Source of the DNA: a virus
DNA: 64,000 nt
Virus record (IMG/VR): IMGVR_UViG_3300024520_000049
Span: 14,596-78,595 of that record
Reading direction: 5' to 3' (one strand)
Positions 17,182 to 27,084 of this stretch are shown here, piece by piece (the stretch's first letter is position 1; each line of letters starts with the position of its first letter). The notes under the pieces were generated by a model that saw only the letters and a list, made by a program, of their open reading frames with translations, had not been told where the DNA came from and did not search any database. The position numbers and the translations under genes were made by a program.

Positions 17182-18681
17182 ATGCCAACTGTAGATCAAA
17201 TTCTTAACGACACTCGCGCGTTCGTGAAAGAGAAGCAGGCCAGCTTCCGGAAAGGCGCGGCAGAAGAAGCTCTGTCCAACCCCGGCTCGATTCCTGGCTC
17301 TGTCCATGATTCGAACGTCGACGCTTCTATGCAAAACTCTCATCCCGAAACCCAGCAGGAAATTCCCGCTGGGTCCAAAGTCCGCTCTGGCGCTACTGAC
17401 GGTGAGGACCTCGAGTCAGGTCACGCCACCAATGCCCTTGAGCCGATTCCGGGTGTAACTCAAGAACCCCTCGAATCTGCTGATGCGCTTGGTGGGAATG
17501 TGGGCTCCAGTACAGTGGGCGATCAGGCTCACGACGGTACCGCGGGCGCGCTTGGTGATGAAAGCCGCTCCACTGAGGGTACTCCAGCCACCCATAAACA
17601 TCCCGCTGCCAAGCATGCGAATGATCTGTTGTCTATGATTAGTCAGCACAATGCGCAGCAGAAAGCAGCCGCTGCCCCGGCACCCGGCACCGCGCCGGCG
17701 CCAACAAAAACTGCTGCTCCCGCCGCCCCAGCACCTGCTGCACCCACCCCAGCGCCGACAAAAGCGGCTGCTTGTGAGTGTGGCAAGGACGACTGCACGG
17801 CGTGCAACAAAGTCGCTGGCGACACAAAGCACGCTGGTGAAATTGAACTCACCCAGGATGTCCTGTCCAAGATTGCATCTGTGATCCTCAGCACCGAAGA
17901 AGGTTGGGCCTTTGCCGAAGCGCAAATGTCGAAAGCCGCTGGTGCCGACGCAGCCCGCGAGACTATTCAGTTTCTCGAGCAGCAGGCGCTGGAGGCTGAA
18001 AAGCAGGCCGCGTATGCTCAAGGGCAGACAGACGCCGACAACCTAATCAAAGCTGCTGTGTATGAAGCAGGCCGCGCTGACGCAGCGGCTGCCGCAAGCC
18101 CAGTTGCCCCACAGGCCCAGGCGGGCTCTGTTGTCAGCCAGCTCAAAGCTGCTGCTGCTCGTTACCGCCAGCAGACTCCTGCAACTAATGTTAAGGGTCT
18201 TCAAGATCTTGGACGCGAAGTTGCAGAACAGGCTGTGAAACAGGCGCAGGATCTGGCCGCCGCCCTCGGTGGCGGTGCCCCGGCCCCTGAGGTGATGCCT
18301 CCCGAAGCTGGCGGCGAAGATCTCGACGCCGCAGCTGCGGAAATGGCTGCCCCTCCAATGGAAGGTGGTGGTGAAGAAGACATCAGCCCTGAAGAACTGG
18401 AACAGGCTCTCTCAATGATGGCCCAAGAAGGTACCATCGGCCCAGAGGACGTCCAGGAGATCTTGGCGTATCTGGAACAAGCTGGCGGTGCTCCCGAAAT
18501 GGGTGGTGCCGAAATGGGTGGTGCCGAAATGGGTGCTCCAGCCCCTCCGCCCCCAGCACCCGCACCTGCCGCAGAAGGCGGGGGCGACGAAGCCGCAGAA
18601 GATGAATCTGGGATGGAAGCCTACGCAAGCGCTAACCCGCTTGTCCAAGCTATCCGCCGGGTCCAAGCTAAGAACAAGTAA
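17182..18681 (+). CDS. Probable capsid scaffolding protein
   Basis: Acidic Ala/Pro/Glu-rich, largely disordered or helical; between protease and MCP; strong AAGGAG RBS; 14 of 21 lysines are K-x-A. Confidence 0.65.
   Translation: MPTVDQILNDTRAFVKEKQASFRKGAAEEALSNPGSIPGSVHDSNVDASMQNSHPETQQEIPAGSKVRSGATDGEDLESGHATNALEPIPGVTQEPLESADALGGNVGSSTVGDQAHDGTAGALGDESRSTEGTPATHKHPAAKHANDLLSMISQHNAQQKAAAAPAPGTAPAPTKTAAPAAPAPAAPTPAPTKAAACECGKDDCTACNKVAGDTKHAGEIELTQDVLSKIASVILSTEEGWAFAEAQMSKAAGADAARETIQFLEQQALEAEKQAAYAQGQTDADNLIKAAVYEAGRADAAAAASPVAPQAQAGSVVSQLKAAAARYRQQTPATNVKGLQDLGREVAEQAVKQAQDLAAALGGGAPAPEVMPPEAGGEDLDAAAAEMAAPPMEGGGEEDISPEELEQALSMMAQEGTIGPEDVQEILAYLEQAGGAPEMGGAEMGGAEMGAPAPPPPAPAPAAEGGGDEAAEDESGMEAYASANPLVQAIRRVQAKNK
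18494..18538 (+). repeat. 15-nt tandem repeat x3 (CCGAAATGGGTGGTG) encoding EMGGA
   Basis: Directly visible; third copy slightly degenerate. Confidence 0.9.
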
Positions 18682-18691
18682 GGAGCCCATC

Positions 18692-19060
18692 ATGCCAGAA
18701 GCAGTTAAAACAGACGAAATCATTGAGAAGGCCGCCGAGTACGTAGCTCAAACGCAGCCCCTCCTTGATAAGCACGCCTCTGAGAAGCGGGCTTTTGACA
18801 CTCAACTCCAGCGCACTGCTGGGGTTCTAGCAGACCGTGGAATGATCCGTCGCGACAAGATCACCGACTTTGTTGATAAGGTTGCAGCAGATCCTCGTAA
18901 CGGTTTGCTTTTTATCGAGAAGATGGCTCACCTGGTTGGCGCTGACAACCTTGGAGCCCCTTCAGAAATCAAACAGGCTTCAGTGGCAGATGCTACTGAT
19001 CCTTTCGTAAGAGCGTTTTGTCCGGAGCTCATTCCTTCGGATAATGGGCTCGTTGACTAA
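18692..19060 (+). CDS. Small helical scaffold-like protein
   Basis: ATG 18692 follows AAGGAG; 6 of 8 lysines are K-x-A. Confidence 0.65.
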   Translation: MPEAVKTDEIIEKAAEYVAQTQPLLDKHASEKRAFDTQLQRTAGVLADRGMIRRDKITDFVDKVAADPRNGLLFIEKMAHLVGADNLGAPSEIKQASVADATDPFVRAFCPELIPSDNGLVD

Positions 19061-19077
19061 AAAAAGGAGATAAAAAC

Positions 19078-19611
19078 ATGCCTCAGGGACATTTCAACGT
19101 ACTGAAGGGCGCGTACCCTACTCTGCAACAGCTCGATGAGTCGTTGCCCGTAGCGTCTACAGTTACCGGCGTGGTTCGCGGTTCTTGCGTACGTGCTGCC
19201 GACGATGGCGGAACTCGTAGCTGGTTTATTACAGCTTCAGATGCCACTAATCAAGGCGCAGCTAACACGCCTGGCCCGCTCATCTATTTCTCACTCCAGG
19301 ATCAGGGCCAGCCTGACGTGGACATGGCCGGTGTTTTGACCGCCATCCCATGCAGCATGCCCAACGAGATCGAAACCGACCAGTATGCTGCTGGTGGCAC
19401 GTTCCCGATCGGTGGCTATGTTATGGCCGGCGCGGACGGGAAACTGGAAGATCACACAGATGATTTGACCGCTATTGGTCAGGTCACCCGTGCGCCGTAT
19501 ATCCGGTGGGCAAATGACGCCATCGCAGTAACTGGTAAGCGTACCGGTAACCGCATCAACGTCATCGCACTCTGGACTATGTACATTCCAAACCTATCCA
19601 CCGCGCCTTAA
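19078..19611 (+). CDS. Putative capsid decoration/cement protein
   Basis: 177-aa beta-rich protein directly upstream of MCP, strong AAGGAG RBS; ETDQY...G.L pattern. Confidence 0.55.
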   Translation: MPQGHFNVLKGAYPTLQQLDESLPVASTVTGVVRGSCVRAADDGGTRSWFITASDATNQGAANTPGPLIYFSLQDQGQPDVDMAGVLTAIPCSMPNEIETDQYAAGGTFPIGGYVMAGADGKLEDHTDDLTAIGQVTRAPYIRWANDAIAVTGKRTGNRINVIALWTMYIPNLSTAP

Positions 19612-19673
19612 TCCACCTCTTAATTGAGATGATTCCAAGGTTCAACGGATAATATATTAAGGAGAGCATTAAC

Positions 19674-20663
19674 ATGCCCGACGTACAAAATGCACCCGGA
19701 GTTGCTCCATCAGTACCTACCGGCGTTATGAATCAGCGTATCCTCGAAAGTCTCGAGCGCGGTGAAACCAAGAAAGCTCAGGACGCGTCTACCCAGTTTA
19801 CGCGCACTCAGCTTCGTGAAGATTCCTTCGCGTATCAAATCTTGCCGCCCGAACAGGCTACCGATGACATGCTCGATAAGAGCTTGACCAACGACCTGCC
19901 TCAGATCATCTGGGAACTGGAGCCTGACAGCCCCGGTGCGAAGTGGATTCCGCTTCAGACCATTCCAGAAGGCGAGTACATCCAAGGTTCCAAGTACCTC
20001 ATCCCAATGGCCCGCATCGTTACTCCCAAGTACACGAAGGACATTGATGAGTTGCGCACCTACCGGATGGATCTCCGCAAGGTTCTTACTGACAACAGTA
20101 TCAAAGACGGCCTGGCCGAGTACGATGGCAAGTTCATCGAGACGGTCAACAGCATTGTCGAAGATACGACTGGTGGTGTGGGCACTCCCCAGACCTTTAC
20201 TGGTAAGATCCAGTGGCGCACGTTCGCTGGTGGCTTGAGCCGCGAAAACTTGGCCGAAGCCAAGAAGATGATGCCTTCTGGCTCTACCTTCGCCGGTTTC
20301 GAAGACAAGTTCCGCCTCCGTAACCACGTCATGCTGATGAACGACGTGACTGCTCAGGAATTCCTGAAGTACGAACGTGAAGAAGCTGGTGGCGATCTCT
20401 CAGAAGAAATGTTCCGCAATGGTCTGACCATGTCGAAGATTTTTGGCCTGAAGACGATCTTCACCATCAAGGGCGGTCTTGTTCCTGACAATACCGTTTA
20501 CTTCTTCGCAGCACCTGAGTTCCTCGGTAAGGCGTTCTACCTTACTGACTGGACCATGTACCTGAAGAAAGAAGCATACTTCATTGAGTGCTTCTCTTAC
20601 TGGCTCGGTGGTTTCGCACTGGGTAACGTCGCTGGCGTTGCTCGCGCGGACTTCACGCCGTAA
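19674..20663 (+). CDS. Major capsid protein (HK97-like fold)
   Basis: 329 aa; TRTQLREDSFAYQILPP, RIVTPKYTKDIDELRTYRMDLRKVLTDNSIKDGLAEYDGKFI; strong RBS, followed by a terminator; position after protease, scaffold and decoration genes. Confidence 0.8.
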   Translation: MPDVQNAPGVAPSVPTGVMNQRILESLERGETKKAQDASTQFTRTQLREDSFAYQILPPEQATDDMLDKSLTNDLPQIIWELEPDSPGAKWIPLQTIPEGEYIQGSKYLIPMARIVTPKYTKDIDELRTYRMDLRKVLTDNSIKDGLAEYDGKFIETVNSIVEDTTGGVGTPQTFTGKIQWRTFAGGLSRENLAEAKKMMPSGSTFAGFEDKFRLRNHVMLMNDVTAQEFLKYEREEAGGDLSEEMFRNGLTMSKIFGLKTIFTIKGGLVPDNTVYFFAAPEFLGKAFYLTDWTMYLKKEAYFIECFSYWLGGFALGNVAGVARADFTP

Positions 20664-20698
20664 GGTATGGACACAGCAGCATTGTTGTGATACATTCA

Positions 20699-20738
20699 GG
20701 GTGTCTGGGTAAGATTTACTCAGGCACCCATTTTTTTT
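20699..20738 (+). terminator. Rho-independent terminator after MCP
   Basis: GGGTGTCTGGGT / ACTCAGGCACCC stem followed by T8. Confidence 0.9.
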
Positions 20739-20754
20739 CGTAAAGGAGACTCAA

Positions 20755-21318
20755 ATGGACCAGGTACTCGGATTCGCGCCAGACACAAACTGGCTGGAAG
20801 GCTTCGCCAAAGCAGCAGAGGACGCTGGCATTTGCGGAGAACAAGCTGTTGCAGAGCTTCTCAAAGCTGCAAGCCGCATCAAGCTGATGCAAGAAGATCC
20901 AAATTTCACTGCCGGCTATAACGCAGAGCTGGAGAAGAGTGCGCAAGCTGGCGGTATCGCCGGCGCGCTGTCTAAGCTAAAAGCACCAGGCCTCGTCGGT
21001 GCTGGTGCCTTGGGCGCAGGAGCAGGCTACGGTATTTACGATTACCTCAAGCGCCGCTGGGGCCGGAACCTGGAAGACCAGGAAATGACACGTTGGCATG
21101 AAGCGCTCGCCGACAGCGGGCTGCCTACCTGGCAGAAGAACCTTCTCAGTCGCGATCGTTTAGGTCAGGAGCACACCAAGCACCGTCAAGCAGGCTCTGC
21201 ATTCCGTAACTTCGGAGGCGGGGGCGGTCATCGTCACGGCGGAGGTGGCGGCTACGGCACTCGCCCGTACGATCACGATTCTTACTATACCCCATGGTGG
21301 CAACGCAGGCGGAACTAG
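20755..21318 (+). CDS. Glycine-zipper protein with cleavable-looking leader and Gly/His/Arg-rich tail
   Basis: WLEGFAKAAEDAG..LKAAS..ELEKSAQ leader, GLVGAGALGAGAGYG hydrophobic tract, basic aromatic C-terminus. Confidence 0.6.
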   Translation: MDQVLGFAPDTNWLEGFAKAAEDAGICGEQAVAELLKAASRIKLMQEDPNFTAGYNAELEKSAQAGGIAGALSKLKAPGLVGAGALGAGAGYGIYDYLKRRWGRNLEDQEMTRWHEALADSGLPTWQKNLLSRDRLGQEHTKHRQAGSAFRNFGGGGGHRHGGGGGYGTRPYDHDSYYTPWWQRRRN

Positions 21319-21321
21319 ATC

Positions 21322-21756
21322 ATGGCAGACAATCCTGTTGGAAATGAAGGTTTCATCAGTGAGTTGGATGTCCGGATCTTTATGAGGGATAACAACCCCG
21401 AGGCCAATGTGCTGCTGGGGGATTATGAGTTCGCCCCTGAAGAGATCCGCACAGCCCAGACCCTCTGCGTGGATCGCTGGAATGACACCCCACCACAAGT
21501 AGGCAACTACACTGTAACAAATTTCCCCTGGCGCTACTTCCTGCTTATGGGCACTGTAGCGAACCTTCTCACAATTGCCGCACACGGCTATCGACGTAAT
21601 CATCTAACCTACAACGTCCCTGGCGGGTCTATCAATGATCAGGACAAGGCGCCGGCGTATGACGCTGCCGCGGCCAAGATCGGGAAAGACTTTAGCGACT
21701 GGCTAATGACGCAGAAAGTCGCTCAGAACATGAACCAGGGGTGGGGCACCGTCTGA
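21322..21756 (+). CDS. Putative head-tail adaptor
   Basis: 144-aa helical protein after MCP (VRIFMRD...WNDTPP...LLMGTVANLL...SINDQDK); size and synteny fit. Confidence 0.6.
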   Translation: MADNPVGNEGFISELDVRIFMRDNNPEANVLLGDYEFAPEEIRTAQTLCVDRWNDTPPQVGNYTVTNFPWRYFLLMGTVANLLTIAAHGYRRNHLTYNVPGGSINDQDKAPAYDAAAAKIGKDFSDWLMTQKVAQNMNQGWGTV

Positions 21757-21757
21757 T

Positions 21758-22552
21758 ATGATCAAAAAGTTCGAGGTATTCCCAGGGTACTACGGGGGCT
21801 TCTCCTTCCTCTGGGAGGTTGACCCGAACACCAAGCTGAAGCTGCCCTGGTCATTTCAGGTGGAAGAGTCCGAGACCGGCATTGACGATTTTGAGGACAT
21901 CTCCCCCGCCGTAGTTAATGCGTTTGCATGGCAGGAGCCGAAACCGCGCAAGAAGTTCAACAAGGACCGCAACTTGTTCTTCCGCGTCAAGATGACATCG
22001 GAGAGTGGGGTTTGCTACTCCCAAGCCCGTACAGCTACAGGCGACCTGCCGCTGAAGGAGTATTTGTACGCACGGGAGATCATGCGCAAAGAGCTCCTGC
22101 AGATGCGGAACATGGCCGCGGTGGGCGTCAGCTTCTGGCGAAAGATGCAGACAGGCATGTCCTGCAAGAACTGCCTGGACCCGATCACCCAGGAGATCAT
22201 CGACCCCGATTGCCCCGTGTGTAACGGCACAAAGTTCTTGGGTGGCTACCACGGACCTTATTACGGGTTCGCGACCTTTTCTGTGACTCGGGTGCACAAG
22301 AAGCACGCTGAGGATGGTGCTGGGGTAGACGACGATCGCATGCATCAAGTTCGCATGATCGGGCATCCCGCGATGATCCGTGACGATGTTATCGTAGACA
22401 TCGCGGGTGACCGGAGGTACATTGTAGACGAAGTAGCCAGCGAGCTGGAGCTTCGCCGCATACCCATCATTCAAATTCTGCAGGTACATGAGGCAGAGCG
22501 CTGCGATATAGTCCATAAATTAGGAGAGCCCAATGCCCCAGCTGTCTGTTGA
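21758..22552 (+). CDS. Putative head closure/neck protein with Zn finger
   Basis: CKNC...DCPVCNGTKFLGGY plus beta-rich C-terminus (DDVIVD..RRYIV); synteny. Confidence 0.55.
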   Translation: MIKKFEVFPGYYGGFSFLWEVDPNTKLKLPWSFQVEESETGIDDFEDISPAVVNAFAWQEPKPRKKFNKDRNLFFRVKMTSESGVCYSQARTATGDLPLKEYLYAREIMRKELLQMRNMAAVGVSFWRKMQTGMSCKNCLDPITQEIIDPDCPVCNGTKFLGGYHGPYYGFATFSVTRVHKKHAEDGAGVDDDRMHQVRMIGHPAMIRDDVIVDIAGDRRYIVDEVASELELRRIPIIQILQVHEAERCDIVHKLGEPNAPAVC

Positions 22553-23186
22553 CGAGATCCTCGCGCAGCCTGCCGTGAGCGTCCTGGGGCACATCCGCCG
22601 GGATCCGCTGGTACTCTCTGGACTGTTCATTGAGATCACAAAGCAACTTTACCTGGCCCCCGAACACATGTTTCACACGGTGAAGACGTGGATTCCCAAC
22701 GAGGAGGACCCCGAAGCGCCAAAAGGGGTGTTCATTGACGCAGCAGGGAACTGGGACGATGCGCATGTGAACCGCCGCCCAGGAATTTTCATCGATATAG
22801 GTGATTTGCTGTATAGTCAGGAAGGGGTGCAAGGAATCTCAGATAACGCTGGTTTTAACCTGTCTGAGGGTGTAACCTATTACAGCAGGTTGGTAAAAGG
22901 ATCTGTATCGTGGGTACACCTTGGCAAAACACGCGGTCAGGTGTTACAGTATGGAAGTGTTACTTTGGATCTTATCGACGGTTTTAGCGATGTGATTCAG
23001 AAGGACTTCTGTTTTGAAAAGTTCGACGTACGCGGTATATTGAGACCCAAGCAGCGTAAGGATAAACCAAAAGAGTGGATGTGCTTAGTTCAGGCGGACT
23101 TCCAGTTCCAGGAAAACTTCGGCGTCAAGCTCGAATCCCCCAAATTAAAAACTATCACGTTCACCAAAAACTCCCTGGGCTGTTAG
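22533..23186 (+). CDS. Putative tail terminator/completion protein
   Basis: 217 aa between neck and sheath genes; alpha/beta pattern. Confidence 0.45.
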   Translation: MPQLSVDEILAQPAVSVLGHIRRDPLVLSGLFIEITKQLYLAPEHMFHTVKTWIPNEEDPEAPKGVFIDAAGNWDDAHVNRRPGIFIDIGDLLYSQEGVQGISDNAGFNLSEGVTYYSRLVKGSVSWVHLGKTRGQVLQYGSVTLDLIDGFSDVIQKDFCFEKFDVRGILRPKQRKDKPKEWMCLVQADFQFQENFGVKLESPKLKTITFTKNSLGC

Positions 23187-23214
23187 TCAGGCAAACAAGA
23201 AGGAGAATATAATC

Positions 23215-26200
23215 ATGGCATATGTACGGCCACAAGTACAGGTCTTCCAGGAGTTCCAGACGGCTCCGCAGGAGGTGGTACAAAACCTCAACGCGTTTAT
23301 TTTCGGGCCCAATTACCAGCTTTTCCGCTTCTCGGAAGACGCTGAGAAGGACTTGATTGGCGTTGGAGAATACGATAAAGATGCTGGCAACAGCGTTTCG
23401 TACCCTAATCAGCCATCCAACACGACAGTCGATGTCGATTATGTGAAGGTTTTCGCAGAGGACGTGCTCCTCCGCTACATCACTTTTGCAGAGGATGCTG
23501 ACAACCCACTTATGGCCGTAAGCTCAGTCGAGCGTAACCGCCTTCGCGCTGCACCCAAAGTGGGCGCTGTAGATGAGGTTACGACCGGCCCGACCATCGA
23601 CGAAGCTGGTGGCTACCACACCGGCCGCATCGATTTGCCTGAGTCTTACTACCTCACCCCAAAAGCCACGTTCGACCTGGGCACCGTTGATGGTGTTTAT
23701 GAGTACGTGACGACTGAAGGTGAAACTGGCGAGATCGACATTCCGGACGACGCAACTACCGCAAGTGTTATTGTTCAAGGTCCCGACGGGATCACGCTGG
23801 ACTTCGACACGGCTGGTACTGTTCAGTCGCCGATCGTCGCGACGTTCGAGGACGATTTGGGCGCGAGCTTCACTTTGGAAGCCACACTCAGCCGTCGCGC
23901 AGCGCAGATTGACTTTGCGATTCTCGCTGCAGCTCTCCGTATCAATGTGGATGCAGCCGCTGGTGCCCTTGCAGGTACCTACGACTCCGTCGCACACATC
24001 CTGACGCTGGCGTTCGCAGTCACGGACTCTCTGGCGGCTATCCGTACAGAGCTGCTCTCTGGACTTGCAGCCGGCCAGGCTGACTTCCTGATCGAGTTCA
24101 CTGTGAGCGAGATTACAGGCGGTGCAGGTATCGGAGATGCGGTAACAGCAGTCGACCAGGACGCGGCCAGTGTTGCAACTGTGGCTGACATTGATGTCTT
24201 CCCAGTGGCGCATCGCATTCCTATTACTGAGAACACCATCGTGTTTCAGACAGCCAACGGGTTCGCCCGCCACCCGGGACTCCTCCGGGACGTTCTGGTC
24301 GGTGACCGCATTCGCTGGACTGTTACCTCTGCGTTGACAACCAACACAGAAGTGAAGATGGCCAAAGTGGTCGGCTTTGAAGCTGATCTCACTAACCCGA
24401 CACTGGGTTTGGCAGCCCCTAAAGGCGGCAACAAAGCTTCTGCAGCAGGTGACGATCTGTCCTCTGGTGCGGCGCTCATCACAGCCGGCGGCGATAACCA
24501 GCGCGATATGGATGGTGCAGCTACTGCAGCGTTTAGCTTGGGTGTTGCGGACTACGGATTGGGTGATCTGGCTCGCGGCGTCCTGGACTTCGCGGTTGCA
24601 ATCACTATCAGCAAGACCGGCCTGGCCGGAGTTGCTGAAGCGACAGTTGAGTACGCCAGCGGGATCTACCGCCGTACCTCTGTACCGATCGAAGCCACAG
24701 GCACTGAAGATGGTCAAATCCACATTGGCAACAACGTTTACCTCAACTTCGAAGTTGGCGGCGGTGATGCAGATGCGGAGTTCCAGCTTGGTGACGTTTA
24801 CACTGCCGCAGTGGGTACGCCCGTTACAGCAGTAACAAATCAGGTTGTCTCCGGTGATTACACTGGACAGGGTGACACCACCTATGTGGTGGATGTTCTC
24901 CGTGGCGGGGTCTTCGACCGCGTGACAATTGACACCGACGGTCTGACACAGGCATCTGGCGCGACTATCACTTCAGATCTGGCGGCTTGGCTCGGCGGTG
25001 ATGTTGATGACGAGTACGTGCTCGAGTGTGCTGTTGCTGGGTCAATCACCACGGCACAGTGGACTGCGAAGAGCGTGAACGGCGATATCCAAACAGGCAT
25101 CTCGTTCGCCGGCCTGGGCATCGGCAACAAACGCACGATCGGCAGCAAGGGCCTTGAGGTCTATTTGACACATGGCGGAACACCGGCGTTTGCTGTAGGT
25201 GATTACTTCGTCGTCTCGGTTAAAGCCGCGCGTCCACAAGTCCGCGTCACAGACTCTGCTGGCCTCGACCAGGAGATCTCCTCTATCGCCAACGATGGCG
25301 ACGCTATCACCCTCGGGCTGAACGGCGGCTCCATCACCTTCCCAGCAAACTCCAATACCCTTGGCGGTGTTGCAGCGGCTGGTGGTCTGGTACTGGGAGA
25401 CAGCTGGACGGTTGAGGCCAAAGCATCTGCTGAGGGTCCCATCCAGACATTGGTCCTCTCAGACGACGTGTTTGATGAAGTCACTCCTGGCCAAGAGGCT
25501 AACGGCGACTCAAACCACGAACCTGATCTGTTCGAGATCGACTTGTTCCTGATACAAAACAGCGCAGAAATCCCCGAAGAGCAGCATGACCCGGCCTTCG
25601 CGCCAGGCACGTTCAACTGGGAAGCTGACGAGAACGGCGTTGAGATCAACGACGGTATCACGCTGCAGGACGCGAGCTGGGTTGACGGATTCGGTGCACA
25701 GCCTTATCTGGAAATGTGGGAAGGCGACCTTCTGGTCGAATACCGCGCGCTGTTGCAAGAGTACACGAACGGGATCTTCGGTATCACCGATATCTCTGAA
25801 GTGGCGCTGCAGCTGGGCACGATCCATCCTGACAACCCGCTGGCACAAGGTGTGTATAAGGCGATGGAGAACTCTGGAAGTGTCACAGTATACTTCATGG
25901 CGACTCCTTCCGACGACCTCCTCGGTTTCAGCACAGTGCTTAACCGCGCCAGCTTGACTGACATCGTTTATGCCTTTGCTCCAGTTACCCGGGATGAAGC
26001 CATCCTGGCTCTGGTTGAAGGTCATGTCGAAAACATGTCCAATGAAGTTCAGAAGAAATGGCGTATCGCGTTCTTTGGTACCGAGACTCCTTCGACCGGT
26101 GTTGTGGCAAACAGCACGAACCATCCCACCAATGCGGATTGGATGGCAACGATCAAGGACGACCCGACCACCAGCGGAACACAATACACCCGTGTGGAGC

Positions 26201-27066
26201 TCACAGAAGATGCAGATCTGCTGTCGGGCCTGAAAGCGGGCGATACCGTCCACTTCCGGTTCTCCACAGATGCCTGGGGCAACCAGACACATCTGACCGG
26301 AGAAGTTGCTTCCGTTGAAACCGACAAGGTATTCTACCTCAAGGATGACGTTGGCTTCGAAATCGATCCGGCAGAGAAGATCGAACTCTACCACCCGCTC
26401 TCGACACAGGAGATTGCAGACGCTACCGCAGCCCGCTCCGCGGCTTTCGGCGACCGACGCATCTACCACGTGTTCCCTGACAGCCTAGGTGCCTTTGGTA
26501 CGACCCTTACTGCGGAATACGGCGCTTGCGCCATCGCCGGCCTCACAGCCAGTGTACTCCCGCAGCAGGGCCTGACCAACATTGAGGTTAACGGCTTCGA
26601 CGATATTCCGGCAGTGTACAGTGTGTTCAACGCTGACCAGCTGGATACGATCGCCGGGGGTGGAACGCTCATCATCATGCAGGAGACCCTTGGAGGCAAT
26701 ATCTTTGTCCGCCATCAGATCTCCACCGCATACGGTGAAAATGATCTGAACCAGAGTGAGTTGAGCTTGGTTAAAAACCTTGACTCAATCAGCTACATCT
26801 ACGCGAATGCGCTGAGACCCTTCATCGGAGTCTTCAACGTAACGCCGGATGTGATCGACCAGATCTCTCTGGAGGTCCGGAACATCCTGGCATCCCTGGG
26901 CTCACTTACTGACGCCCTGGGAACTGTCAGTCCGCAGATCATCCTGGAAGGAAGTGAGCTGTCGAATATCCAACAGCACCCAGTGCTGAAGGACCGCTTA
27001 CTGATCACCGTAAACTTGAACCTGCCAGTGCCCCTCAATGTCATTGAGATGCACTTGGTCGTTTAA
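23215..27066 (+). CDS. Contractile tail sheath protein (unusually long)
   Basis: MAYVRPQVQVFQE start; C-terminal GLTNIEVNG...GGTLIIMQ...VRHQIST...ELSLVKNLDSISY...PVPLNVIEMHLVV matches the sheath C-terminal domain; precedes tube gene. Confidence 0.88.
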   Translation: MAYVRPQVQVFQEFQTAPQEVVQNLNAFIFGPNYQLFRFSEDAEKDLIGVGEYDKDAGNSVSYPNQPSNTTVDVDYVKVFAEDVLLRYITFAEDADNPLMAVSSVERNRLRAAPKVGAVDEVTTGPTIDEAGGYHTGRIDLPESYYLTPKATFDLGTVDGVYEYVTTEGETGEIDIPDDATTASVIVQGPDGITLDFDTAGTVQSPIVATFEDDLGASFTLEATLSRRAAQIDFAILAAALRINVDAAAGALAGTYDSVAHILTLAFAVTDSLAAIRTELLSGLAAGQADFLIEFTVSEITGGAGIGDAVTAVDQDAASVATVADIDVFPVAHRIPITENTIVFQTANGFARHPGLLRDVLVGDRIRWTVTSALTTNTEVKMAKVVGFEADLTNPTLGLAAPKGGNKASAAGDDLSSGAALITAGGDNQRDMDGAATAAFSLGVADYGLGDLARGVLDFAVAITISKTGLAGVAEATVEYASGIYRRTSVPIEATGTEDGQIHIGNNVYLNFEVGGGDADAEFQLGDVYTAAVGTPVTAVTNQVVSGDYTGQGDTTYVVDVLRGGVFDRVTIDTDGLTQASGATITSDLAAWLGGDVDDEYVLECAVAGSITTAQWTAKSVNGDIQTGISFAGLGIGNKRTIGSKGLEVYLTHGGTPAFAVGDYFVVSVKAARPQVRVTDSAGLDQEISSIANDGDAITLGLNGGSITFPANSNTLGGVAAAGGLVLGDSWTVEAKASAEGPIQTLVLSDDVFDEVTPGQEANGDSNHEPDLFEIDLFLIQNSAEIPEEQHDPAFAPGTFNWEADENGVEINDGITLQDASWVDGFGAQPYLEMWEGDLLVEYRALLQEYTNGIFGITDISEVALQLGTIHPDNPLAQGVYKAMENSGSVTVYFMATPSDDLLGFSTVLNRASLTDIVYAFAPVTRDEAILALVEGHVENMSNEVQKKWRIAFFGTETPSTGVVANSTNHPTNADWMATIKDDPTTSGTQYTRVELTEDADLLSGLKAGDTVHFRFSTDAWGNQTHLTGEVASVETDKVFYLKDDVGFEIDPAEKIELYHPLSTQEIADATAARSAAFGDRRIYHVFPDSLGAFGTTLTAEYGACAIAGLTASVLPQQGLTNIEVNGFDDIPAVYSVFNADQLDTIAGGGTLIIMQETLGGNIFVRHQISTAYGENDLNQSELSLVKNLDSISYIYANALRPFIGVFNVTPDVIDQISLEVRNILASLGSLTDALGTVSPQIILEGSELSNIQQHPVLKDRLLITVNLNLPVPLNVIEMHLVV

Positions 27067-27084
27067 TAAAAGGAGATTATCGCA

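Noticed and set aside
23524-26469. Long minus-strand ORFs (399 aa at 23524-24723, 319 aa at 25510-26469), and similar ones at 10297-11079, 45049-45909 and 988-1770
   Set aside because: They are antisense shadows of well-supported GC-rich plus-strand genes, with no recognisable motifs or RBS.
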